A stretch of 56,154 bases of DNA, from positions 1 through 56,154 of the forward strand of contig JBBUFS010000011.1 in the NCBI GenBank assembly GCA_038056395.1. Reading direction: 5' to 3'. Source of the stretch: Patescibacteria group bacterium (GTDB lineage: Bacteria; Patescibacteriota; Minisyncoccia; Phycocordibacterales; WO2-35-19). Made by a program: the position numbers and the translations under genes. The notes under the pieces are model-generated. The model saw only the letters and a program-made list of their open reading frames with translations. It did not search any database and was not told the origin of the DNA. This document shows positions 26,818-35,767 of this stretch, in pieces (position 1 is the first letter of the stretch; each line of letters opens with the position of its first letter).

Positions 26818-29790
26818 ATGAAAACAGAATTTGTAGAAAACTATATTTCAGAAATAATTAAACATTTTCAAACTGGTCAAGCGGGCGAGCATGCTTATCG
26901 TCCTGCTTTTAAGTCTTTGATGAATTCAATATTGCCGGACTTACAAGCGATAAATGATCCAAAACGCTCAGAACATGGCGCGCCAGATTTTATTTTTATG
27001 CGTTCAAAAGAACTTACTGCCGGTTATGCAGAAACAAAAGATATAAATGTGAATCTTGATGACACGGAAAAAAGCGACCAGATGAAGCGTTATCTTGGAT
27101 ACGATTCTCTCATACTCACCAATTATATTGAATTTCGTTTTTTTAGATATGGAGAAAAATTTGGCGAGCCGATTATTGTAGCCAAACTGCAAAATAACAA
27201 TATTGAAGTTGACGAAAAAAGATTTGGAGAATTAACAGATGCTCTACATGATTTTTTCTCTCAAACAGAGCCAATAAAATCAAGTTCAAAACTTGCAAAA
27301 ATTATGGGGGGAAAGGCTCGTCGTATAAGAGACAACATCCGCAGATTCGTGGAAGACACAAATGAAAGAAACAAAGAAATCAGAAACATTTTTGAATCAT
27401 TCAAAAAACTGCTTATCCATGATCTGAGAGAAAATCAATTTGCCGATATGTATGCGCAAACTCTTGTTTATGGTCTTTTTGCCGCTAGATATGAGGATAC
27501 TACACCAAATAACTTTACTCGTCGGGAAGCTAGAGATTTAATACCTGTTTCAAATCCATTTTTAAGGCACTTTTTTGATCATATTACCGGATCAAGTTTT
27601 GATGATCGGCTTGCCATAATTGTAAATGAGCTTTGCGAAGTATTTTCCAACACTGATGTTCGGACGCTTATGTACGAATATGCAACACAAAAAAGTCTTC
27701 TCGGAGAAGATAAAGAATTTGCCGACCCCGTAATTCATTTTTATGAGGATTTTTTAAAAGAATATGACTCTGATCAAAGAAAAAAACTTGGAGCATTTTA
27801 TACACCCTTACCTGTTGTTAGATTTATTGTCAGGGCGGTAGATTATATTCTTAAAAAAGATTTTGATCTTTTGGAAGGACTTGCTGATACTTCAAAAATT
27901 GAAGTGATAAAAAATGTTCAGGGGAAAAATACAAAAGAATCTCTCCATAAAGTGCAAATTTTAGATCCAGCAGTGGGAACAGGGACATTTCTAAACGAAG
28001 TAATCAAAAATATTTATTCTCGCTTCAAAAATCAAGAAGGCAGATGGAAATCTTACATTGAAAATGATTTGCTGCCCCGTATTCACGGTTTTGAACTTAT
28101 GATGGCTCCATATACTATTGCGCATCTTAAAATAGCTATGACTTTGAAAGATAGCGGGCATAAAGATTTTAAGGAACGACTAGGAATTTATCTCACCAAT
28201 TCTCTTGAAGAATCGTCAAAATCAGAAGATACACTATTTGGTCCAGGTTTTGGTCAAGTTATTACAGAAGAAGGAAAAGAAGCTTCAAAAATAAAAAATG
28301 AAAAGCCTATCATGGTTGTTATCGGAAATCCGCCATATAGCGGAGAAAGCTCAAATAATTTTGAAAGTGCTAATAATCTTGTTAATAAATACAAATTTGA
28401 GCCTGGCGGAGTAACAAAACTTAAAGAGAGGAATCCCAAATGGATTAATGATGACTATGTGAAATTTATAGCTCTTGCAGAAAATTTAGTAGAAAAAAAC
28501 GGAGAAGGTATTTTGGGTTACATTACAAACCATGCATACCTGGATAACCCCACATTTCGAGGGATGAGATGGAAACTCGCGAATACTTTTGATGATATTT
28601 ATATTATAGATTTGCATGGTAATTCAAAGAAAAAAGAAATATCACCCGATGGAACTAAAGATGAGAATGTATTTAATATTCAACAAGGTGTCGCAATAAT
28701 TATTGGGGTAAAAAAGCGTGGTAATAAAAATAAGGTTGCAAATATATATCACGCGGAAACATACGGCAAGAGAATTAAAAAATTTGAGTATTTAAGCAAA
28801 GAAATAAAATATAAAAAAATAGATTTAGATTCAAAATATTATTTCTTTGTTCCAAAAAATATTGAAGGTAAGGATGATTACAACAAGGGCTTTTCTTTAC
28901 AAGATTTATTTACACAAAATAGTGTTTGTATTGTGAGCGGAGATGATGAAAAGTTTATTAAGTTTAAAAGAAAGGAATTTGACCCGGATATTATTGAAGA
29001 AAATATAAAAACTCTAAATTATCGAATATTTGATACTAGATATATTAATTATGATTTAAAATTAATAACAAGATCAAGAATTAAAACCATGAGTCATTTC
29101 ATTAACAACGATAATATTGGCCTAACTTTTATTAGAAATGATCAAGGTGCAAAAAATTTCTCACATATTTTTATATCAAATATTTTAACCGATGGCCACC
29201 TTCATCCAGGGTTAACATATACAGCTCCACTTTATCTCTATGTCGAAGACGGATCAAAAATACCAAATCTGAAAAAAGAAATTGTTGATGAAATAGAAAA
29301 AATAATTGGTAAAGCTGAGCCAGAGGATATTTTTGATTATATTTATGCGGTTTTACATTCGCCAAATTATCGTGAAAAATACAAGGAGTTTCTAAAAATT
29401 GATTTTCCGAGAGTGCCATATCCAAAAGATGTCGAATTTTTCAAAAAACTTGTTGAGTTAGGTGGGGAATTGCGAGAACTTCATCTGTTAGAATCGCCAA
29501 AAGTTAAAAATTTTATTACCACTTTTACAGAATCAGGAAGTGATGAAGTAGAAGCAAAATACCCCAAATATGAAAAAGAAAAAGTTTTTATAAATGCTAA
29601 ACAATATTTTGGCAATGTTCCAGAAATTGCTTGGAATTTCTATATTGGTGGTTATCAACCTGCTCAAAAATGGCTCAAAGATCGCAGAGGCAGAAAATTA
29701 ATATCAGAAGACTTTGAGCATTACCAAAAAATTATTGTTGCTCTTGTTGAAACAGACAGAATTATGAAAGAAATTGACAAGATAAAATGA
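26818..29790 (+). CDS. Type IIG-like single-chain RM enzyme (PD-(D/E)XK, N6-adenine MTase and ISP-like C-terminal TRD; no helicase)
   Basis: APDF...YAETKD, GAFYTP, LDPAVGTGTF, IGNPPY and IGGYQPAQKWLKDR motifs; start placed at MKTEF. Confidence 0.88.
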   Translation: MKTEFVENYISEIIKHFQTGQAGEHAYRPAFKSLMNSILPDLQAINDPKRSEHGAPDFIFMRSKELTAGYAETKDINVNLDDTEKSDQMKRYLGYDSLILTNYIEFRFFRYGEKFGEPIIVAKLQNNNIEVDEKRFGELTDALHDFFSQTEPIKSSSKLAKIMGGKARRIRDNIRRFVEDTNERNKEIRNIFESFKKLLIHDLRENQFADMYAQTLVYGLFAARYEDTTPNNFTRREARDLIPVSNPFLRHFFDHITGSSFDDRLAIIVNELCEVFSNTDVRTLMYEYATQKSLLGEDKEFADPVIHFYEDFLKEYDSDQRKKLGAFYTPLPVVRFIVRAVDYILKKDFDLLEGLADTSKIEVIKNVQGKNTKESLHKVQILDPAVGTGTFLNEVIKNIYSRFKNQEGRWKSYIENDLLPRIHGFELMMAPYTIAHLKIAMTLKDSGHKDFKERLGIYLTNSLEESSKSEDTLFGPGFGQVITEEGKEASKIKNEKPIMVVIGNPPYSGESSNNFESANNLVNKYKFEPGGVTKLKERNPKWINDDYVKFIALAENLVEKNGEGILGYITNHAYLDNPTFRGMRWKLANTFDDIYIIDLHGNSKKKEISPDGTKDENVFNIQQGVAIIIGVKKRGNKNKVANIYHAETYGKRIKKFEYLSKEIKYKKIDLDSKYYFFVPKNIEGKDDYNKGFSLQDLFTQNSVCIVSGDDEKFIKFKRKEFDPDIIEENIKTLNYRIFDTRYINYDLKLITRSRIKTMSHFINNDNIGLTFIRNDQGAKNFSHIFISNILTDGHLHPGLTYTAPLYLYVEDGSKIPNLKKEIVDEIEKIIGKAEPEDIFDYIYAVLHSPNYREKYKEFLKIDFPRVPYPKDVEFFKKLVELGGELRELHLLESPKVKNFITTFTESGSDEVEAKYPKYEKEKVFINAKQYFGNVPEIAWNFYIGGYQPAQKWLKDRRGRKLISEDFEHYQKIIVALVETDRIMKEIDKIK

Positions 29791-30395
29791 AAGAGCAAGC
29801 AAAATATTTTTTAGGAAGTATCTTTGAAGCAAAATCAGCATATAATATTTGGAAAATGATCGTGTATTCAAAATACATCCATTATGTGGGAGAAGAAATG
29901 GCAAATAAATATGTAGAAATACAAAAAACTCACGCAAACTTTTTTAAACTCGTTGAAAGATCGCTATTATTTCATTGGGTGTTAGTAATTTTGCATTGTT
30001 TTGATGATCACAGAAAAGATACTTATTCTTTGAATAAAATGGATAAAAAACATTATAATGAATTCTTGAAAAATAAAGATAACAGGACTACTCTAAAAAG
30101 ATTAAAAGATGTGCGTAATTCATTACTCGCACACAGGGCAAAAATAATTAAAAACAGCAATTTAGGAAGCGTTGAAGAACTTGATCTGTTTTTTAAAAAT
30201 GTAGAAAATTTATATAATAATATTAGACATGATTTAGATAGTACAGGAGTTCTATTTAATAACGCTGACGACATAAAATTTGATGTTGAAAGTTTATTTA
30301 TGAATATAGAGATAGCAAACAATATAACAAAACAAGAAACAGAGGATGAATTATTATGGTGGAAAAATCAAAAAAGAATTTCAAATATACTTTAA
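29787..30395 (+). CDS. HEPN-motif protein (AbiU2-like), putative RNase
   Basis: R-N-x3-A-H motif (VRNSLLAH) in a helical 202 aa protein; ATGA overlap with the RM gene. Confidence 0.65.
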   Translation: MKEQAKYFLGSIFEAKSAYNIWKMIVYSKYIHYVGEEMANKYVEIQKTHANFFKLVERSLLFHWVLVILHCFDDHRKDTYSLNKMDKKHYNEFLKNKDNRTTLKRLKDVRNSLLAHRAKIIKNSNLGSVEELDLFFKNVENLYNNIRHDLDSTGVLFNNADDIKFDVESLFMNIEIANNITKQETEDELLWWKNQKRISNIL

Positions 30396-30450
30396 TTTTA
30401 TGCCGCCAGAAAATCTCAAACAAATTTTAGTAAAGATATAAGCAACAGTT

Positions 30451-30762
30451 ATGAAATCCGTAGATTATATATACCTAATGACAGAAGAGGATAAATTGAG
30501 GATAATGTTTATAAAAAAGAAGGGCAAAATTACTAAATTTATAGTTCAATATTCATCATTGATTAATAATCGTTGGAGATCTATAATGAGAGTTGATACT
30601 TGCCACAACTATGCGCACAAGCACACATTTCGTCTAAAAAACAAAGAATATATAATGGATTTAACAGCAAAAGGCGATGATCTAAACAATGTATTTACTG
30701 AATGGGCCAGCTTTATTAAAAACAATTTTTCAAAAATTAAAGATAATTTTTTAAGCAATTAA
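30451..30762 (+). CDS. Small His-motif protein, putative toxin
   Basis: F.VQY...W..I.R.D..H...H.H pattern; bicistronic with the next small gene. Confidence 0.6.
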   Translation: MKSVDYIYLMTEEDKLRIMFIKKKGKITKFIVQYSSLINNRWRSIMRVDTCHNYAHKHTFRLKNKEYIMDLTAKGDDLNNVFTEWASFIKNNFSKIKDNFLSN

Positions 30763-30764
30763 AT

Positions 30765-31004
30765 ATGCCAAAAGATTTAATACAAAAAAATATACGGCTT
30801 TCTAATGAATTAGATAAATATATATCTAGTAGTTCTGACGCGTATCGTAAAATTCCAAAAGGCGCCCATGTGGTGATAACTATTGATAGTGATAAAAGGT
30901 TATCTGATGCAAATATGTCGCTTATGCGAAATAGCAGGAGCGGTCGATTTGTGCAGGCCAACAAGAGTCGTGTCGGTTGGACAATCAAAACTCTCAAGGG
31001 GTAA
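30765..31004 (+). CDS. Small protein, putative antitoxin partner (DUF5647-like from recall)
   Basis: KN..LS.E.DKY......KIP.GA.VV.....D..L...N pattern; 2 bp gap from the upstream gene. Confidence 0.55.
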   Translation: MPKDLIQKNIRLSNELDKYISSSSDAYRKIPKGAHVVITIDSDKRLSDANMSLMRNSRSGRFVQANKSRVGWTIKTLKG

Positions 31005-31008
31005 TGAT

Positions 31009-31332
31009 ATGAACCTAATTATTATTTTCATTTTAGGGGTGGTTGTTGGGGGAGTTGTTGTTTGGTTTGTTATTAAAATGCCGGAAAGAAAGAAAAAGGA
31101 AACTCTAATTGAAAAACAGGCCAAAGAAAAAGTAGCGAATAAAGAAGCCATTTTGGGTCTTTTAGAAACTCAGGGTAAATTAACGAATAATCATATTGAA
31201 ATGATGTTAGGGATCTCAGACGCGACAGCGGAGAGATATCTTAATGAGCTTGAAAAAGAAGGAAAAGTGAAGCAAGTGGGGGACATTGGTTCTGGGGTTT
31301 ACTACGAACGGCTCAATGGCGCCTCTCGTTGA
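31009..31332 (+). CDS. Membrane-anchored winged-HTH protein
   Basis: N-terminal TM helix; ISDATAERYLNELEKEG..Q.G..G..V.Y wHTH; ATG at 31009. Confidence 0.75.
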   Translation: MNLIIIFILGVVVGGVVVWFVIKMPERKKKETLIEKQAKEKVANKEAILGLLETQGKLTNNHIEMMLGISDATAERYLNELEKEGKVKQVGDIGSGVYYERLNGASR

Positions 31333-31339
31333 GCCGTTC
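31306..31339. repeat. Family-D hairpin supplying the stop codon of the wHTH gene
   Basis: GAACGGCTCAA...TTGAGCCGTTC; same arms at 26705 and 54271. Confidence 0.75.
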
Positions 31340-31437
31340 CATAAATTCTCTCTTAAATTAAGAGAGATTTAGAGAGTTAGAAAAAATAGATTGTATTTTT
31401 CTCTCTATTATGCTATAAAAAATAAGGAGGTTTTGTC

Positions 31438-31824
31438 ATGGAGAACGGGATTATTTTCTTCGCAGATGGTAAGGAATACACAATGCCCCCACTCATATCT
31501 GGTCTCTTGCTTCGTGGGCATAGGGTGGTTTTAACAGCCTTTAGTTTGAAAAATGCTCTGTTGGCTGTTAACGAAGGATTGTTGGGGGAAAAAGGTGTAA
31601 ATGTTGCCATCGTTGGTGACGGTTTTCCGGATGGAAGTGGAGAAATAACTTTTTCTGGATTGGTCATTGTTGAGGCGATTAGAAGAAGAGAACCATCAAT
31701 TAAAGTAATCACCTACAACGAATTCACGGTTGACGAGACTATAAACGGTACCGCACATGTTTTTAAGGGATATTCTAATCCCGCAAAGCTTCTTGCTGAA
31801 GCCATCGCTTCTTTAGTGAAGTGA
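31438..31824 (+). CDS. Hypothetical protein, possibly a degenerate receiver domain
   Basis: VAIVGD.FPDG.G...G..IVEAIRR..PSIKVI pattern. Confidence 0.5.
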   Translation: MENGIIFFADGKEYTMPPLISGLLLRGHRVVLTAFSLKNALLAVNEGLLGEKGVNVAIVGDGFPDGSGEITFSGLVIVEAIRRREPSIKVITYNEFTVDETINGTAHVFKGYSNPAKLLAEAIASLVK

Positions 31825-31879
31825 ACAAATCGCTTTTGTTTGAAAACTGTCTCCGGTTTTCTACGGAGCGGTTTTCTTT

Positions 31880-32275
31880 TTATTTCAGATTTCTCAATAT
31901 TGAAATTATTTGCTTGTCAAAAGTAAGCAAGGGAATACCTTTTTCTTTTGAAATTTTTATCAAGGTCGCGTCGGCAAAAGATATTTTTTTGTTAAGTTTA
32001 AGAAAAAATTCCATCTCTTTATTAATGTCAGAAAATGGAAGTATTATATTTTCAGAATTCAGCACATTTTCTAAAAAATCTTTTACTACCTCTGTCCCAA
32101 ATTTATAACACAAAACAGTAGCTACTTCTTGAACTATATATTGATGAAGATAAATTGTTTTATCCTTAATTTTATCTGCCCAAAACAAAGCGTGTTCATG
32201 ATCAGAATCGTTTGGATCATTGGCGGCAATTATTACATTGCTGTCTACAATTATAGAATTACCTTGCAAATCCAT
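31880..32275 (-). CDS. PIN-domain (VapC-like) toxin
   Basis: IIVDSNVIIA, ISFADA and LLTFD motifs. Confidence 0.9.
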   Translation of the reverse strand: MDLQGNSIIVDSNVIIAANDPNDSDHEHALFWADKIKDKTIYLHQYIVQEVATVLCYKFGTEVVKDFLENVLNSENIILPFSDINKEMEFFLKLNKKISFADATLIKISKEKGIPLLTFDKQIISILRNLK

Positions 32276-32426
32276 AAACAATTTTGTCTACATTTCTAGA
32301 AAGAGTTGTTTTTTTACCTCCTCTTTTGATCTTTGTGGCGCTCTTTTTAAGCAAATCAAAAAATTTGCCAGTTTTGGCTTTTTTGACCCTTGGATAAACC
32401 ATAAATTGTTCCATTTTCGTATTCAT
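32259..32426 (-). CDS. Putative antitoxin (VapB-like)
   Basis: Small ORF overlapping the PIN gene start; C-terminal LS.NVDKIVYG. Confidence 0.7.
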   Translation of the reverse strand: MNTKMEQFMVYPRVKKAKTGKFFDLLKKSATKIKRGGKKTTLSRNVDKIVYGFAR

Positions 32427-32469
32427 ATGCCTAATTATATCACAAATCAGGCGGGCAAACAACAAAAAT

Positions 32470-33135
32470 TTAATGCGCTATAAATATTCCAATTACTCTT
32501 TTGGCGCCGGCGGATAATAAAGCGCGGCGGGCTTCCGATAAAGAAGCGCCGGTGGTGTAGACATCGTCTAAGACGATAATTGTTTTATTTTTTATAATTT
32601 TACTTTCTGCTTCCATAGAATTCATTACATTCAAAATTCTTTCTTCTCTGCTTAGTTTTGTTTGTCTTTCTGTTTCCCTTATCTTTTTTAAAGTATCGTA
32701 AGAAACTTCTATATTATCGCCTCCCAGTTTTTTTATTTCTCTCACCAATTCTTCGCACTGATTAAATCCTCTTTTTCTTTTCTCTTTTTTGCTCATGGGC
32801 ATGGGGACAAGAAGAGGCGGAGCGCCTTCAAAAAGAGCAATATCAGAAGACATATCTATTATCTCCTCATATAAATAAACCGCGATTCTTTTTCTTAAAT
32901 TGGCGTTATTTTTGTATTTTATAGATTTAACTATGAGCCGGACAATTTTATTTTGGTAATCAAACAAAACAAAAACATCCTTCATATAAACAGGAGACTT
33001 GGGTAAAAGGTCCCGCATTATGCCTGCAGGAAAATCCAAAAGCTTTTGTATTTTGGCGTCTTCCGGCGCCAAAAGATTTTGGATTGTCGCTATTAACCTT
33101 TTTACCCATTTTTTAAATGTCTTCATGATTTCCAT
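32470..33135 (-). CDS. comF: ComF-family phosphoribosyltransferase-like competence protein
   Basis: VPMP....RKRGFNQ and LDDVYTTGASL motifs; divergent from the pil operon. Confidence 0.88.
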   Translation of the reverse strand: MEIMKTFKKWVKRLIATIQNLLAPEDAKIQKLLDFPAGIMRDLLPKSPVYMKDVFVLFDYQNKIVRLIVKSIKYKNNANLRKRIAVYLYEEIIDMSSDIALFEGAPPLLVPMPMSKKEKRKRGFNQCEELVREIKKLGGDNIEVSYDTLKKIRETERQTKLSREERILNVMNSMEAESKIIKNKTIIVLDDVYTTGASLSEARRALLSAGAKRVIGIFIAH

Positions 33136-33154
33136 TATGATATAATAATACAGT

Positions 33155-34261
33155 ATGAGTTTTCTTTCCGATATTTTTAAAAAGAAAAATACCAGCGCCT
33201 TGGGCATTGATATTGGCTCTTCTTCCATTAAAGTGGTGCAGCTTAGGAAAAAAGGGGATAAAGCTATACTGGAAACATATGGCGAGCTTTCTTTGGGTCC
33301 ATATGGCGGAGTCTCTATTGGCCAGTCTACCAATTTGTCCACTGAAAAAATAATTCAAGCCATGAATGATCTGCTGGCTGAAAAGGAGGTGGCCATTACC
33401 ACCAAAGTTTGCGGTTTGGCCATTCCTTTTAAAGCTTCCCTGCTTTCCATTATAGAAATGCCTGCCATTGGGCAAAAAGAGCTTGCCGGCATGGTGCCTA
33501 TAGAGGCTCGCAAATATATACCGGTGCCAATATCGGAAGTTACCATTGATTGGTCCATCATACCCAAATTGGAAGTTGAGGAAAATAATCCCCAAGAAAA
33601 AGATAAAAGCAGAGGCAAGACCGTCAACATTCTACTGGTAGCTATCCATAATAATATTATCAACCAGTATAAAGAAGTTGTTTCCAAAACCCAACTTGAC
33701 GCCAAATTTTTTGAGATAGAAGTTTTTTGTTCAATGAGAGCAATCCTGGAAGGGGTGCAGGGGCCCATAATGATTATTGATATGGGAGCTTCAGCCACCA
33801 AGTTGTATATAGTGGACAGGGGTTTGGTTAAATACTCCCATACCATAAATGAAGGCTCTCAAGAAATAACGGCAAATATCTCAAGATTTTTGAATGTTTC
33901 TCTGGAAGAAGCGGAAGTGATTAAAAGATCTGTTGGCATGGGCAAGACAGCGGATGGGACGGATTTATTGGAGACAGTATTTGTGGTCGCTGACAGCATC
34001 TTTTCCGAGGCCAATAGGTTTTTGTTTGATTTTCAAAAAAAGAGAAATCAGAACATAAAATCGGTATTCTTGACTGGCGGCGGCTCGGCTCTGCTGGGCT
34101 TCAGAGATTTGGTGGCTAAAAATTTCAAAGTGGAAGTAATTTCCGGCAATCCTTTTGAGAAAGTGGAAACGCCGGCCTTTTTGGAAAATATTCTTAGAAT
34201 AACCGGTCCAGAATTCACCGTTGCTGTCGGTGCCGCCCTGCGCTGTTTGCAGGAGATATAA
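33155..34261 (+). CDS. pilM: Type IV pilus assembly protein PilM
   Basis: GIDIGSSSIKVV, IDMGASAT and FLTGGGS actin-like motifs. Confidence 0.92.
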   Translation: MSFLSDIFKKKNTSALGIDIGSSSIKVVQLRKKGDKAILETYGELSLGPYGGVSIGQSTNLSTEKIIQAMNDLLAEKEVAITTKVCGLAIPFKASLLSIIEMPAIGQKELAGMVPIEARKYIPVPISEVTIDWSIIPKLEVEENNPQEKDKSRGKTVNILLVAIHNNIINQYKEVVSKTQLDAKFFEIEVFCSMRAILEGVQGPIMIIDMGASATKLYIVDRGLVKYSHTINEGSQEITANISRFLNVSLEEAEVIKRSVGMGKTADGTDLLETVFVVADSIFSEANRFLFDFQKKRNQNIKSVFLTGGGSALLGFRDLVAKNFKVEVISGNPFEKVETPAFLENILRITGPEFTVAVGAALRCLQEI

Positions 34262-34326
34262 AAAATAAAGTAATCAACATATTTATTTACATTTTAAATT
34301 TTTGTAAAGTATAATTATGGTTAATT

Positions 34327-34896
34327 ATGGCTCCTAATTTTCAATCATCGTTTATCCCCAAAGAGCCCGTGACCGAAGAGGTTTTTAAAAAGAAAAAAGC
34401 CGGCATATTCGGCGTGCTGGCTGTTTCTTTGTTTATTTCTTCAATAGTTATCTCGGCAGCGATGTATGTCTATAAAGGCATCATAAAAAGCGAGATTCAA
34501 AACCTTCAATCACAATTAGCCGAATCAGAAAAAAATATAGATAAAAAAACTATAGGCGATATGTCTCAATTTGCCAAAAAATTGGACATTGTCAAATCAA
34601 TTGTCTATAAACATCAAGTAATATCAAACTTTTTAAGTTCCCTGGCTTCTTCAACCGTCAGCTCGGTTCAATTTACCGATTTTGCCTATAATAACGCCAA
34701 AGAGGACAGTCTGGATGTTACTTTGCATGGCAAGGCTGACAGCTATGCAAGCATTGCTTTGCAAGAAAATATTTTTTCCCAGAATAAGCGCTTTAAATCG
34801 ATGTTATTTTCAAATCTGACTTTGGCGGATAAGGGCGAGGTTTCTTTTGATTTAGCCATTTCCGTTGACCCGCAAATTTCCGTCTATGCTCCGTAA
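34327..34896 (+). CDS. PilN-like pilus assembly protein
   Basis: SFIPK N-terminus, TM helix, coiled coil and L.G.A.SY; follows pilM. Confidence 0.75.
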   Translation: MAPNFQSSFIPKEPVTEEVFKKKKAGIFGVLAVSLFISSIVISAAMYVYKGIIKSEIQNLQSQLAESEKNIDKKTIGDMSQFAKKLDIVKSIVYKHQVISNFLSSLASSTVSSVQFTDFAYNNAKEDSLDVTLHGKADSYASIALQENIFSQNKRFKSMLFSNLTLADKGEVSFDLAISVDPQISVYAP

Positions 34897-34913
34897 TTTA
34901 TAATATTCAAAAT

Positions 34914-35456
34914 ATGAGTAGCACTTCAAAAATCGCATACCTAATACTTACTCTGGCTGTCGGATATATTTTTATATATCCATCGGTGGGGGATTTGTCC
35001 GCTCTCATGAGTGAAAAACAAAGATACAATGATTCCCTGGAGACAGTTAGCAATATTGAAGACAAAAAAAATGAACTGCTGACAAAGTTCAATGATATAT
35101 CTGATGATGATAAAAAAGAGATAGAAATTATTCTGCCCAGTTCTTTGAATTTTATAAAATTGATTTCCCAGATTGACGCTGTGGCGGCCGGCAACGGCAT
35201 ATCAATAGATAAGATATCATCAAAAGAAACAAGCTCTTCCATTGGAAATTCAATAGAAGAAGCTCAACCCCAAAGACCATATCAGTCGTCAATTATAGAG
35301 TTTTCCTTTACCGCTTCCTATGAGAAATTTAACGCTTTTATGGATAAATTGGAAAAAAGCCTAAGAATTTTAGATGTAAAATCTGTAAAGCTAACCATTC
35401 AAGAAGACGGAGATTATTCATATAGTGTAGAATTTGAAACATATTGGCTTAAATAG
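34914..35456 (+). CDS. PilO-like pilus assembly protein
   Basis: TM helix, LP, SYE.F..F...LEKSLRI.DV. Confidence 0.75.
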   Translation: MSSTSKIAYLILTLAVGYIFIYPSVGDLSALMSEKQRYNDSLETVSNIEDKKNELLTKFNDISDDDKKEIEIILPSSLNFIKLISQIDAVAAGNGISIDKISSKETSSSIGNSIEEAQPQRPYQSSIIEFSFTASYEKFNAFMDKLEKSLRILDVKSVKLTIQEDGDYSYSVEFETYWLK

Positions 35457-35461
35457 TTATA

Positions 35462-35755
35462 ATGAAAAATTTTAAAAATAAGCGCACTGTAATTTTGGTT
35501 GTAATCCTCTTGGGGCTTTTGGCGCTGGCTTATAAAGTTATGTTTGTCTCGCCCAGTGAAGATTTATCGGTTGATGAAAATATTGCGGCCAGTGAAAGGG
35601 TGGAGGGCATCTTGCGAGAGGTCGAAAATATAAATTTTGACACAAGCATAATGGAAGACCAAAAATTTAAATCTCTCAAGAGTATTGAAACTCCCTTGAT
35701 ATCATTGCCTATCGGCAGGAAAAACCCCTTTTCGGTCGTTTCCGGCTCCAATTAA
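35462..35755 (+). CDS. Small PilP-like membrane protein
   Basis: TM helix plus GR.NPF motif; position in the pilMNOP order. Confidence 0.65.
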   Translation: MKNFKNKRTVILVVILLGLLALAYKVMFVSPSEDLSVDENIAASERVEGILREVENINFDTSIMEDQKFKSLKSIETPLISLPIGRKNPFSVVSGSN

Positions 35756-35767
35756 TATTCCAAAATC

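Noticed and set aside
26776-32465. Prophage or integrative element
   Set aside because: No integrase, transposase or phage structural genes, and no att-like direct repeats were seen.
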